35,571 nucleotides of DNA from contig CAYQRR010000001.1 in the NCBI GenBank assembly GCA_964419635.1, positions 2,356-37,926 on the forward strand, given 5' to 3'. The stretch is from an uncultured Chitinophaga sp. (lineage in GTDB: Bacteria; Bacteroidota; Bacteroidia; Chitinophagales; LD1). Of this stretch, positions 27,001 through 34,961 are shown in pieces. Position numbers and translations under genes: made by a program. The notes under the pieces were generated by a model that saw only the letters and a list, made by a program, of their open reading frames with translations, had not been told where the DNA came from and did no database searches. Every line of letters starts with the position of its first letter. The first letter of the stretch is position 1.

Positions 27001-27959
27001 GCACTCCATGCCGGGCCACTGGCTGTATGTGTAAGCACTTGGCCTGTAGTGCCGGTGGGGATAGCCCTTACATATCCACCGGTAGTCGCATACATCAGCC
27101 GATCGGTAGTAGCCGTAGTGGCAGTTACGGAACCACCCCCGGTGCCTAAAGCATCCACCACCACATTGGCAGTTAAGCCACCAACATATAACTCAGCTGT
27201 CGGAGTTGCTGCGCCAATGGAAAGGGCATCTTTAATAAACACTAAACCATCACCGATGGTATTGTTGCCAAAGTAACCGGCCCAGTTATCCGCAGCGCCC
27301 GATGCAAAACTTTGCACACCGATGTTTTGCGTATTTGCTGCACCGGTGGTCACTGCACCACCACGCATGGCGATGTTAAGCGTGCCATCGCTGGCCACAG
27401 AGGTTATACCAATGGTAGTATCAGTAACAGCAATACCGCCACCCCTGGCAATGTTTAGAATACCGTAGTTTACTCCGCTCGAAGAGGTGTTGACTACACG
27501 AATCCCCCTCGAAATATTGGTATTGGTTCCATAGCCGTTTAAGACCTCTAACCCATTAACACTGTTGAGCGTAGTCGTAAACCCTGCCGGACCTGATTTT
27601 ACCCGCACCGATGAAAGAGTCATCATTTCTGCGTAAATCGGAAGGTGTCTAAAGTCAGCCAACACCGTATCGGATACTGCGCCTGATACATTTAATCGGG
27701 ATAAAGGCAAACCGATACCAATGCCAACTCTGCCATTGCTATCTATCACCATCCTTTCCTGATTGTCGGTTCTGAACCTCAGCGTACGATTATTAATGGT
27801 GCCTAAGAAGTTAGAGCCGCTTGTAATGGTATTCCCATTGACTTTCCAAAATAATCCTGCCGCAGAATTGGGGTTCTGAATTTCTGCTTGCGAAAATGAA
27901 TGTGGAGCCATAAGCAAAAGCCCTGACCCCAGCAAAACGATTCGTAGATATAAGTGCAT
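24054..27959 (-). CDS. Large repetitive surface protein (YadA-head/Hep_Hag-like and tail-fibre-like repeats)
   Basis: 1301 aa with the signal peptide MHLYLRIVLLGSGLLLMAPHSFSQA. A module W-x-(V/L)-x-GN...NF(L/A/I)GT(I/T)(N/D)N...F...(R/T)(D/N)N occurs three times. There are Gly/Asn/Thr/Ala-rich head repeats. I see no recognisable T9SS C-terminal domain. Confidence 0.8.
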   Translation of the reverse strand: MHLYLRIVLLGSGLLLMAPHSFSQAEIQNPNSAAGLFWKVNGNTITSGSNFLGTINNRTLRFRTDNQERMVIDSNGRVGIGIGLPLSRLNVSGAVSDTVLADFRHLPIYAEMMTLSSVRVKSGPAGFTTTLNSVNGLEVLNGYGTNTNISRGIRVVNTSSSGVNYGILNIARGGGIAVTDTTIGITSVASDGTLNIAMRGGAVTTGAANTQNIGVQSFASGAADNWAGYFGNNTIGDGLVFIKDALSIGAATPTAELYVGGLTANVVVDALGTGGGSVTATTATTDRLMYATTGGYVRAIPTGTTGQVLTHTASGPAWSAASANAWNLAGNSGTTAGTNFAGTTDNQDFVLKRNNTEGLRLTTGGALLATGNTVTGITPASGAGTRAMWIPQKQAFRAGIVSGTEWDAVNIGVGSAAFGANNIAAGTNSFAAGDGNIINALASNSIVMGLDNTANIGSSGNVVLGSNNTVTPTNSVAGAVAIGVANTVTGNHASAIGSSNEVYGDVAFATGLINDEFGDFGFISGRINTVRGDYGFAHGQYLTSRQHSTAMFGQYNDTTLGASNLTTWVTTDPLFVLGNGTAAVSRSNALVTLKNARTGINNIVPNTFLDVNGDLALRQYALTLSNGLNTAVNTTTNYASFYRVSGPTAPFSVGGITGGVNGRIITLQNATSFNLQVIHESLSATAANRIATGSGDTLFVQAGGTFTVQYSNTDSRWIVTASSDATYGSALAPTSWNLTGNSGTMDGTNFIGTTDNIPFTIRTNNQQSGRVDPLLSNAFLGYWAGRDFSTGTQNTAIGTNALLLNTTGARNTAIGTSALENNTGSNNIGIGYAALTNHTTGYSNVAVGTQALFSNTTKSNLVAIGDSALFNNGVGATLASQAVNNVAVGSKALFSTTTSSDNTAVGFEALQSVTTAFRNTAVGSKALKDNTGGGNTAVGTWTLENNTTGNSNTAMGIQTMQGNTTGSENVAMGLSVLVSNSTGNSNTGIGAYALNSTTNYGNTALGHKAGFTNNSGYRNTLLGDSADVLVNNLNAATAIGYLARVSASNTIILGDTVGRPQVGIGVTAVGKTLVGTRFEIASEGTLDNLLFRYQGPNDPTFTFQRSGGNLASPTSVFTVGGTLGRLDFWGHEGTDWDISARIAVEVDSTITPGIVPSRIVFYTQNGSGTLDDRLYINRSGNVGINNNLPAVKLHVDGGAAIAPRATTFTATTDNFPVTIDNESYIRINQTGGTLGTDRTVVLSNGLATGQLLYIECTAGSIEFLEGTSNVQCGAAVTMGVNDVAHFIWNGTDWLMVSFRAN
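24890..25610 (-). repeat. Block of about 14 degenerate 15-17-aa head repeats (NTA(I/V)G-xx-AL-x-NTTG)
   Basis: The protein reads NTAIGTNALLLNTTGAR, NTAIGTSALENNTGSN, NIGIGYAALTNHTTGYS, NVAVGTQALFSNTTKS ... NTLLGDSA. I anchored the boundaries by translating 25619-25650 (DPLLSNAFLG) and 24841-24900 (LLGDSADVLVNNLNAATAIG). The coordinates are approximate. Confidence 0.55.
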
Positions 27960-28048
27960 ACCTTAAAGTTAAAGAGGACGTGTAAGTAGGCACTAATGTA
28001 ACAATCTACCCTTCAAGAACAGTACAAAGTGGGGCGCGGCTGCGTTCC

Positions 28049-29056
28049 TTAATGGTTACATTTTGGGGCGGCAGCGGGCCGCTCGGTGCAGGGGGTTTGT
28101 ATCAATCCAAAAAACTGTGCAGCCGAATAGGTAGAAAAGAAATTCATATCTCGGCTGAAAGGCACGCGCTTGCCGCCATGGCAGGGGCATTTGCCGGGGT
28201 CGGTGGCTACGGCATGGCCCATCCCTTTGATAGAAAAATACTGCACGGCTATAGCCCCATCGGCTCCTTTGTAGAGATAAAGCCGGATGCGTTTATTGTT
28301 TTGAAAACGAAGCACTGTGCTGTCGGCTTTGTTATCGCCCCCGTGCACGTTGGTCCATTGCTTAATGATTTCTCCGGCATTTCTGCGGTTAACCACCACA
28401 TCGGCCTTGCCATGATACACCGACACCGTGGGGTAGGGCCCCGCATAGCCCGGGTAGGCGTTTCGCACCTTGTTGCCAAGGTTTTCGGCCCCGCGAATAA
28501 TCCAGCCCCGCATAGCCAGGCCACCCAGAAAAAAATTGGAAGCACTGGCATAGGCCCCGCCCGAAAATACAGCTCCGGCTTTAAACAAATCGGGATACAA
28601 GGCCAGCATCGTGGTGGTCATGGCAGCACCGGCAGAAAGCCCCGTTACAAAAATTTTTTGTGTATCAATCCCATAATGGCGGATGGCATAATCTACCATG
28701 GAGCGGACAGACTGCGGTTCGCCCCGGCCGCGCTGCTGATTGTTTTCGGTATACCAGTTAAAGCACCGCACCGGATTGTTTTTGAGCGGCTGCTGCGGGT
28801 AAAGAACAACAAAGCCATGTTCATCGGCCAGTTTATTCCAGTCGGTGAGGCGGGCACATTGCTTGGCGTTTTGAATGCAGCCATGCATCACCACCACCAG
28901 CGGCATGCCCGGCTTTGCCTGCCCGGGGACATGTACATACATCCGCAGGTTGCGCGGGTTATCGCCAAAGTCATCGATTCGCTGCAGCGGCTTTTGGCCA
29001 AGCAGATAAACAGGGCAGCACCACAAAAGCGCGCAGAACAGAAGCCATTGATTCAT
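28049..29056 (-). CDS. PHB-depolymerase-family esterase (Esterase_phd-type), secreted
   Basis: PLVVVMHGCIQNAKQCARLTDWNKLADEHGFVVLYPQQ, CFNWY and the nucleophile-elbow context IFVTGLSAGAAMT match this alpha/beta-hydrolase family. The ATG at 29056 gives the signal-like MNQWLLFCALLWCCPVYLLGQ. The ORF-track start at 29083 is a TTG. Confidence 0.82.
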   Translation of the reverse strand: MNQWLLFCALLWCCPVYLLGQKPLQRIDDFGDNPRNLRMYVHVPGQAKPGMPLVVVMHGCIQNAKQCARLTDWNKLADEHGFVVLYPQQPLKNNPVRCFNWYTENNQQRGRGEPQSVRSMVDYAIRHYGIDTQKIFVTGLSAGAAMTTTMLALYPDLFKAGAVFSGGAYASASNFFLGGLAMRGWIIRGAENLGNKVRNAYPGYAGPYPTVSVYHGKADVVVNRRNAGEIIKQWTNVHGGDNKADSTVLRFQNNKRIRLYLYKGADGAIAVQYFSIKGMGHAVATDPGKCPCHGGKRVPFSRDMNFFSTYSAAQFFGLIQTPCTERPAAAPKCNH

Positions 29057-29107
29057 GCGTCCAAGAATATCAATTTGTTGCAAACAATCGGAGGTGGGTT
29101 AAAGAAT

Positions 29108-30280
29108 ATGCCTGCGACTTCCTATTATTGTTCGGTGGATGCCAGACGAAAAATTGCCGTCAATGCCCGTTTCCTGCTTAGCAATAAACTGGAAGGCATT
29201 GGCTATTTTAAGCACGAAACATTGCGGCATATCGTGCAGGCGCACCCCGAGGTTGACTTTTATTTTCTGTTCGATAGGCCCTACAGCCCCGAGTTTATTT
29301 ATGCCGCCAACGTAAAACCCGTAGTGCTGCCTCCGCCCGCCCGCCATCCGTTTTTGTGGCTGTGGTGGTTCGAGGTTTCTGTAGCCCTGTGGCTCCGTCT
29401 GCACAAAGTGGATTTGTTTTTATCGGCCGATGGTTTTTGCTCGCTGCTCTCGCGGGTGCCCACCGTGGCGGTAATTCACGATATTGCCTTTGAGCACTAT
29501 CCGCAGTATGTGCCCTGGTTGACTCGCCTATATTGTCGGTTTTTCTTTCCGCGTTTTGCGCGGCATGCCACCCGCATTGCCACCGTGTCGGAATATTCTA
29601 AACAAGATATAGCGAAGCAATACCACCTTTCGCCCCATAAGATAGATGTGGTGTATAGTGCCGCCAAAGATTTTTTTGCCCCCGTGAGCGCAGCCGTTCA
29701 GGCCGCCACCAAAGCCGAATACAGTGCCGGCAACGAATATGTGTTATATGTGGGCTCGGTGAATGGCCGAAAGAATGTAAAGAATATGCTCCGGGCATTT
29801 GACCTCTTTAAGAGCAGGAAAGAGTCTTCGCTCCGGTTTTTGATTGCGGGCAGCATGGGTTGGAGCAATGAAGAAATGAAGGAGGAGTTGCAGCAGATGA
29901 AGCATCGCTCCGAGGTTATTTTTACGGGGCGACTGAGCGAGGCGGATTTGGTGCGGGTCGTTGGCAGCAGTTTTGCCGTGATGTATGTATCGCTTCTGGA
30001 AGGATTTGGGGTGCCGCCCCTCGAGGCCATGAAATGCGAAGTGCCCTGCATTACATCCACTACGTCTTCCATGCCCGAAATTACTGCGGGTGCCGCCTTG
30101 CTGGCACAGCCCGACAACCCACAGGATATTGCCGATAAATTGCAGCAGTTGTACGATTCGCAAACGCTACGGGCGGAGCTCATAGAGCGGGGTAAAAAAA
30201 GAGCGGCTGATTTTACCTGGGCCTCCACAGCCGATTTGCTTTGGGCATCCTGCCAAAAATTGCTGGTTAACACGAGATAG
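29108..30280 (+). CDS. Glycosyltransferase family 4 (GT-B, Glycos_transf_1)
   Basis: This is the real 3' part of the artefactually long 28052-30280 ORF. KIAVNARFLL..., IATVSEYSKQDI, LYVGSVNGRKN and the EGFGVPPLEAM (E-x7-E region) are typical. The start is the ATG at 29108, or possibly the GTG at 29135. Confidence 0.82.
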   Translation: MPATSYYCSVDARRKIAVNARFLLSNKLEGIGYFKHETLRHIVQAHPEVDFYFLFDRPYSPEFIYAANVKPVVLPPPARHPFLWLWWFEVSVALWLRLHKVDLFLSADGFCSLLSRVPTVAVIHDIAFEHYPQYVPWLTRLYCRFFFPRFARHATRIATVSEYSKQDIAKQYHLSPHKIDVVYSAAKDFFAPVSAAVQAATKAEYSAGNEYVLYVGSVNGRKNVKNMLRAFDLFKSRKESSLRFLIAGSMGWSNEEMKEELQQMKHRSEVIFTGRLSEADLVRVVGSSFAVMYVSLLEGFGVPPLEAMKCEVPCITSTTSSMPEITAGAALLAQPDNPQDIADKLQQLYDSQTLRAELIERGKKRAADFTWASTADLLWASCQKLLVNTR

Positions 30281-30289
30281 AAGCACATC

Positions 30290-31522
30290 ATGAAAGATAT
30301 ACGGAAATTTCTGCAGCAGTTTATCTGGAGCGAAGAGGGGCAAACGGTTAATTCCCGGGAAGAGGTTTTTGTAACCGGGGGCGGAAAAAAGATACCCGTG
30401 TTCGTCAACGAATACTGGACGGCCAAGCAGCGTCAGGCAAATGCCCTGCACGAAGTTTCCTACCGGGCTTGTTTTAAACCGCAGTTGCCCGGGTTCTTTA
30501 TTCAAAACTTTACAAAGCCCGGTGAACGGGTGCTGGACCCTTTTTCGGGCAGAGGAACCACCGCGCTGCAGGCTGCGCTATCGGGCCGCAGGGTAGCTGC
30601 CAATGATGTGAATCCGCTCAGCCGTATGCTGTGCGAGCCCCGTCTTTCACCGCCCGATATTCATGCGCTAAAAGAAAGGCTGGCAGCTATTCCTATCCAA
30701 ATACATTTGAAGGCGGAGTTAGACTTAAGCATGTTTTTTGAAAAAAACACACTGCTTGAAATTTTATCCATACGGTACTATTTGCAGCAGCGCCTGCAGC
30801 ACGGAACCTTTGATTCCATCGATGCCTGGATACGCATGGTAGCCACCAATCGCTTAACCGGGCACTCCCCGGGATTTTTCTCCGTTTATACCTTGCCACC
30901 TAATCAGGCGGCATCGCCTGCCCGCCAAAAAAAGATTAATGCCGACCGGCAGCAGCAGCCACCTTATCGGAACACGCGCGACATCATTTTGCGAAAGAGC
31001 CGGCAGTTGATTAAAGATTTAAACGAGCCGGACAGGGATGCGCTGCAGAACTCCGCTACCGACAGTTGTTTTCTCACCGGTGATGCCGCCCGCCTGCAAG
31101 CAATCAAAGACAATACGGTAGCGCTCACGGTTACTTCGCCTCCGTTTTTAGATGTAGTGCAATACGCAGCCGATAACTGGATGCGCTGCTGGTTTAATCA
31201 TATTGATGCTGCACAGATAGAAGCCGGTATTACCATGGCTAAAAACCTGCCCGACTGGAACCGCAAAATGACAGCCGTGATTGCCGAAATCTATCGGGTA
31301 ACCCGAAACGGGGGCTTGCTGGCCTTTGAGGTGGGGGAGGTGCGCGGAGGCAAAATAAAACTGGAGGAGCCGGTGGTGGAAATAGGCCTTTCGGTCGGTT
31401 TTCAATGCGAAGCCATAATGATTCACCAGCAGGTGTTTACCAAAACTTCCAACATCTGGAAAGTGAGCAACAACGATAAAGGAACCAACAGCAACAGAAT
31501 CGTTATCTTCAAAAAAAAGTAG
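30290..31522 (+). CDS. DNA-methyltransferase-like protein (N6A/N4C type), orphan
   Basis: An AdoMet-binding block lies near the N-terminus (ANALHEVSYRACFKPQLPGFFIQNFTKPGERVLDPFSGRGTTALQAAL). About 200 aa later comes a motif-IV-like VTSPPF. This I-then-IV order with a long insert is an alpha-like arrangement. The gene starts 9 nt after the GT4 gene, and the DinB gene starts 4 nt after it. Confidence 0.7.
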   Translation: MKDIRKFLQQFIWSEEGQTVNSREEVFVTGGGKKIPVFVNEYWTAKQRQANALHEVSYRACFKPQLPGFFIQNFTKPGERVLDPFSGRGTTALQAALSGRRVAANDVNPLSRMLCEPRLSPPDIHALKERLAAIPIQIHLKAELDLSMFFEKNTLLEILSIRYYLQQRLQHGTFDSIDAWIRMVATNRLTGHSPGFFSVYTLPPNQAASPARQKKINADRQQQPPYRNTRDIILRKSRQLIKDLNEPDRDALQNSATDSCFLTGDAARLQAIKDNTVALTVTSPPFLDVVQYAADNWMRCWFNHIDAAQIEAGITMAKNLPDWNRKMTAVIAEIYRVTRNGGLLAFEVGEVRGGKIKLEEPVVEIGLSVGFQCEAIMIHQQVFTKTSNIWKVSNNDKGTNSNRIVIFKKK

Positions 31523-31526
31523 CACT

Positions 31527-32054
31527 ATGCGTAAATCCAAAGAGGAGATAGTGGCCGCCCTCACCCATTCATTTCAACAGCTGGACAACTTATGCCGGGC
31601 AGTAGACCCACCACTGTTTAATGTATCGAAAGAAGGGAAGTGGACCCCGGCCGAAAATTTTCAGCATCTGGTTACGGCCACACGAATGACATCGCTCGCT
31701 TTTTCGCTGCCTAAATGGATGCCGCGCCTCTTGTATGGCCTACCTAAGCGCACTTCGCACGGCTATTCCAAAGTGGTCGATAACTATCAGCGGAAACTGA
31801 ATCAGGGAGCCAAAGCCTCCGGCCCTTATGTGCCGAAAAAAATAAAATATGAGCCGGCCAAATTGCAGCATCAACTTGCCAAAGAAGGCGAACGGCTGGT
31901 GCGGCTGATTGCCACCAAATGGAGCGATGAACAGTTAGACGCCTATCAGGTGGCGCATCCCATTCTGGGTTTGCTTACGCTTCGCGAGTTGGCATATTTC
32001 ACCATTTATCACAACGGCCACCATGCCGATATTTTACAGAAATACTATCGTTGA
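31527..32054 (+). CDS. DinB-family (DinB_2-like) metal-dependent protein
   Basis: 175 aa, helical. It has the spaced His pattern (ENFQHL...; YHNGHHADILQKY) typical of the DinB/YfiT fold. Confidence 0.65.
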   Translation: MRKSKEEIVAALTHSFQQLDNLCRAVDPPLFNVSKEGKWTPAENFQHLVTATRMTSLAFSLPKWMPRLLYGLPKRTSHGYSKVVDNYQRKLNQGAKASGPYVPKKIKYEPAKLQHQLAKEGERLVRLIATKWSDEQLDAYQVAHPILGLLTLRELAYFTIYHNGHHADILQKYYR

Positions 32055-32060
32055 AATGCA

Positions 32061-33554
32061 CTAATGCAGCGAAAGGGTGCGCATAAAATCCACGGTCATT
32101 TGAATGTCGTTGTAAATAATGCGGTCCTTTTCGTAAAAAGGTACCAGCTTACGGTAATCTGATTTTATCTGCTCTATGATGGGAGAGCTTCGCAGGGGTA
32201 GGCGAAAGTCGAGCGCTTGCATAGCCGTCATAAATTCAATGGCCAGCACCTTTTCAATATTGTAAACTACTTTATAGCATTTTACTGCAGCATTTGCGCC
32301 CATGCTCACGTGGTCTTCTTGTCCATCGCTGCTGGTAATGGTATCTACGCTGGCGGGGGTGGCCAGTTGTTTATTCATAGATACAATAGCTGCAGCGGTG
32401 TATTGGGGTATCATGAGGCCGGAGTTTAAACCGGAGTCGTTCACCAGAAATTTCGGTAAGCCTTGCTTGCCCGAAATGAGCTGAAAAGTTCTGCGCTCCG
32501 AAATACTCGCGAGTTCGCTCATGGCAATGGTCAAATAATCGAGCGCAATGGCGAGGGGTTCTCCATGAAAGTTTCCTCCGCTAAGAATCAAATCTTCTGC
32601 TTCAAAAATCAATGGATTATCGGTTACGGCATTCATCTCCTTTTCAAACACATCGCGCACCTGCGACACCGCATACTTTACTGCTCCGTGCACCTGCGGC
32701 ACACACCGGAAAGAATACGGGTCCTGCACATTGTGTTTGGTCCGGGCGGCTATTTCGCTGCCTTTCAAAAAGTGAAGCACGTTAGCTGCGCTTTCAATTT
32801 GCCCCCGATGGTTTCTGATTTTTTGAATAGCCGGATGAAATGGGCTGGTTTGCGCATCAAACGCATCCACCGAAATGGCTGCGGTAAGGTCGGCCAGTTT
32901 GGCTACCCGCTCCGCCTCCAAAATGGAATAGCAACCCCACGAGCACATAAACTGTGTGCCGTTAATGAGTGCCAGACCTTCTTTCGATTTTAATTTGATG
33001 GGTTGCAGTCCGGCATTTTTAAGTGCAGTTTCTGCTGCGCATTTTTCACCATTCACCCGAACAGTTCCCTTGCCCAGCAAGGGCAGACACAAATGCGAGA
33101 GCGGTGCCAAATCGCCACTGGCCCCTAGGGACCCCACTTCCCACACCACCGGCAGAATCCCCAGGTTATATAGTTGAACCAGTTGTTCCACTGTTTCCAG
33201 CGATACCCCGGAGTAACCCTGCGCCAGCGCTTTTATTTTCAGGAGCATCATCAGCTTTACCACTTCCGGCTTCACCTCATCGCCCATGCCGCAGGCATGG
33301 CTCATGAGCAGATTTTCTTGTAGTTGTTCTAGCTGGTCCAGCGGTATTTCCACATCGCACAGGGCACCAAAGCCGGTATTGATTCCATAATGGCGTGCCC
33401 CGGGCACGGCTATTTTCTTTTCCAGATAGGCCCGGTTGGCTTTTATTTTAAGGCGTGCGGTTTCGCTTAACTCAATCTGCTGCGGCTCCGCAAGAAAACC
33501 CCGCACATCTTCCAGCGTAAGATCGCTGTCGGTGATCGTAATTTTGTTCTTCAT
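32061..33554 (-). CDS. hutH: Histidine ammonia-lyase
   Basis: The MIO-forming GSLGASGDLAPLSH motif is present. The selectivity-switch region LQENLLMSHACG carries Ser-His (HAL type). 497 aa; the ATG at 33554 was verified. Confidence 0.9.
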   Translation of the reverse strand: MKNKITITDSDLTLEDVRGFLAEPQQIELSETARLKIKANRAYLEKKIAVPGARHYGINTGFGALCDVEIPLDQLEQLQENLLMSHACGMGDEVKPEVVKLMMLLKIKALAQGYSGVSLETVEQLVQLYNLGILPVVWEVGSLGASGDLAPLSHLCLPLLGKGTVRVNGEKCAAETALKNAGLQPIKLKSKEGLALINGTQFMCSWGCYSILEAERVAKLADLTAAISVDAFDAQTSPFHPAIQKIRNHRGQIESAANVLHFLKGSEIAARTKHNVQDPYSFRCVPQVHGAVKYAVSQVRDVFEKEMNAVTDNPLIFEAEDLILSGGNFHGEPLAIALDYLTIAMSELASISERRTFQLISGKQGLPKFLVNDSGLNSGLMIPQYTAAAIVSMNKQLATPASVDTITSSDGQEDHVSMGANAAVKCYKVVYNIEKVLAIEFMTAMQALDFRLPLRSSPIIEQIKSDYRKLVPFYEKDRIIYNDIQMTVDFMRTLSLH

Positions 33555-33621
33555 GACATGGCTAAATAGGAGGCGAATGTATCATCTTTAAATACTCCAC
33601 CGGTAGCCGGGCCGAGGCTGC

Positions 33622-34830
33622 TTAGCGCAGGTAAATGCTAGAGGCGGCATGGAAAGACGGACCCGATACTGCCACTACGTAAATACCCGTGGGGTATTCC
33701 GATAGCAGAACCGGGGCCGCCTCATTCCACCGGCCATTGGATACAGTTTGACCGTTGAGGCGACAAATGGTGTAGTCATACCCATTCACCCCCGACAGGT
33801 AAAGCCGATGATCGAGTACCGCCAAAGAGAGTTCCTGCGAGGGCGTATCGGTAATGGACAAAGGCTCGGCTACTGTAATGGTGAACGTATTGGACAGTTG
33901 GCAGCCATAGTTATTGGTAGCGGTTACGGTTATCGTGTAGGTGCCGGCTTCCTCATAGGCATACTCCGGGTTGGCAATGCCTGTAATGGTAGAGCCATCG
34001 CCAAACTGCCAGAGATAATCATCAATATTTCTTCCGGTTGTGTAAAACGAAATAGTTTGGTTGATAGCGGCAGACACCGGCAGGGCCATGGCGTTGAGCT
34101 CAATGGCGTTTCCTTCGAGCGAACGACTGATAGTGGCCACATAGGCACCATACACAAAGGCGATCAGATAATTGCCTTCAGCCAGATTCCCGAAGCTGAA
34201 ATTTCCGGTAATGTTATTGAGCGATGCCACCAATGTGCTGGAGGCATCATAGAGCAGGCATTGGCTCCATTTTACGGTAGTGTCTTGCTGAAACTGAAAA
34301 ACGCCATCGTTATTCTGACAGCCGGCTGGAGTATCAAAAATTTGCACAGGATACGACACGTGAATAAAAAAACGGCTTTGATTGTTTTGTCCGGTAGAGA
34401 GCGAAAAGCTGTAGTTGCCTTGCCGCAGGTCGTGAAAAAGTCCGAGTTCGCGGTCTTCTAACCGAATGATAGAAGTGGGGTCAAATTTGTCTATCAGACT
34501 GGCACTAATGCGAAAACTACCGGCACTATCTGTTTTAATGCCCAGCGTGATGACGGTGGTATTCGAAAAGGGGCCAAATCCATTGATGAAGCAGGCCTGA
34601 TTATCGGAGGTCAATGAATAAATCTGCGGAACAAGCGGAGAGCTGTTGAATATTTTTTTGGCGTCTTCCTGCCAGTTGTATAGCGCGGTGGTGCCGTAGT
34701 CCAGATACACGGTGGTTTCATCCAGCAGGCTGGTTTGCGCATTGGTAATACGCAGGGCCAGGGTTTTTTTGGTAGCGGCTTGGCCCAGCATAGCCCATAG
34801 CAGGAGTACGAGGAGTAAATAAAATCGCAT
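33622..34830 (-). CDS. PKD-domain protein with a T9SS-like C-terminal sorting domain
   Basis: The ATG at 34830 gives the signal peptide MRFYLLLVLLLWAMLGQA. The PKD domain reads WQFGDGSTITGIANPEYAYEEAGTYTITVTATNNYGC. The C-terminal ICRLNGQTVSNG...YPTGIYVVAVSG...IYLR resembles a T9SS CTD. Confidence 0.75.
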   Translation of the reverse strand: MRFYLLLVLLLWAMLGQAATKKTLALRITNAQTSLLDETTVYLDYGTTALYNWQEDAKKIFNSSPLVPQIYSLTSDNQACFINGFGPFSNTTVITLGIKTDSAGSFRISASLIDKFDPTSIIRLEDRELGLFHDLRQGNYSFSLSTGQNNQSRFFIHVSYPVQIFDTPAGCQNNDGVFQFQQDTTVKWSQCLLYDASSTLVASLNNITGNFSFGNLAEGNYLIAFVYGAYVATISRSLEGNAIELNAMALPVSAAINQTISFYTTGRNIDDYLWQFGDGSTITGIANPEYAYEEAGTYTITVTATNNYGCQLSNTFTITVAEPLSITDTPSQELSLAVLDHRLYLSGVNGYDYTICRLNGQTVSNGRWNEAAPVLLSEYPTGIYVVAVSGPSFHAASSIYLR

Positions 34831-34889
34831 ATGAGGGTCCGGTTTAGTGCTTATCGGGAAGAGGTTCTCCGGGTCTCTTCCGTTGCAAG

Positions 34890-34897
34890 CAAAGGTA
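34890..34897 (-). promoter_or_regulatory. -7 promoter box for the PKD-protein gene
   Basis: The minus strand reads TACCTTTG, an exact TAnnTTTG match, about 60 nt upstream of the ATG at 34830. Confidence 0.35.
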
Positions 34898-34961
34898 AAC
34901 AACAAAAATGGCGCAACGGTTCCAGCAACACTAAAATTGTGCCAAAGCCTGCCGCCCGGAT

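Noticed and set aside
28052-29107. 5' two-thirds... of the 742-aa + strand ORF 28052-30280 (its first 352 codons)
   Set aside because: This part is antisense to the esterase gene (28049-29056), which has clear alpha/beta-hydrolase motifs and a signal peptide. Recognisable glycosyltransferase sequence begins only at the ATG at 29108 (or the GTG at 29135). The upstream part is read-through of an open antisense frame.
32061-33554. Solitary hutH homologue as a possible tyrosine or phenylalanine ammonia-lyase (for example for flexirubin-type pigments)
   Set aside because: No hutU or hutI is in the window, which prompted the idea. But the known selectivity-switch position reads Ser-His (LLMSHACG), as in true histidine ammonia-lyases. 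It does not read His-Leu (TAL) or Phe-Leu (PAL). No polyketide or pigment genes are nearby.
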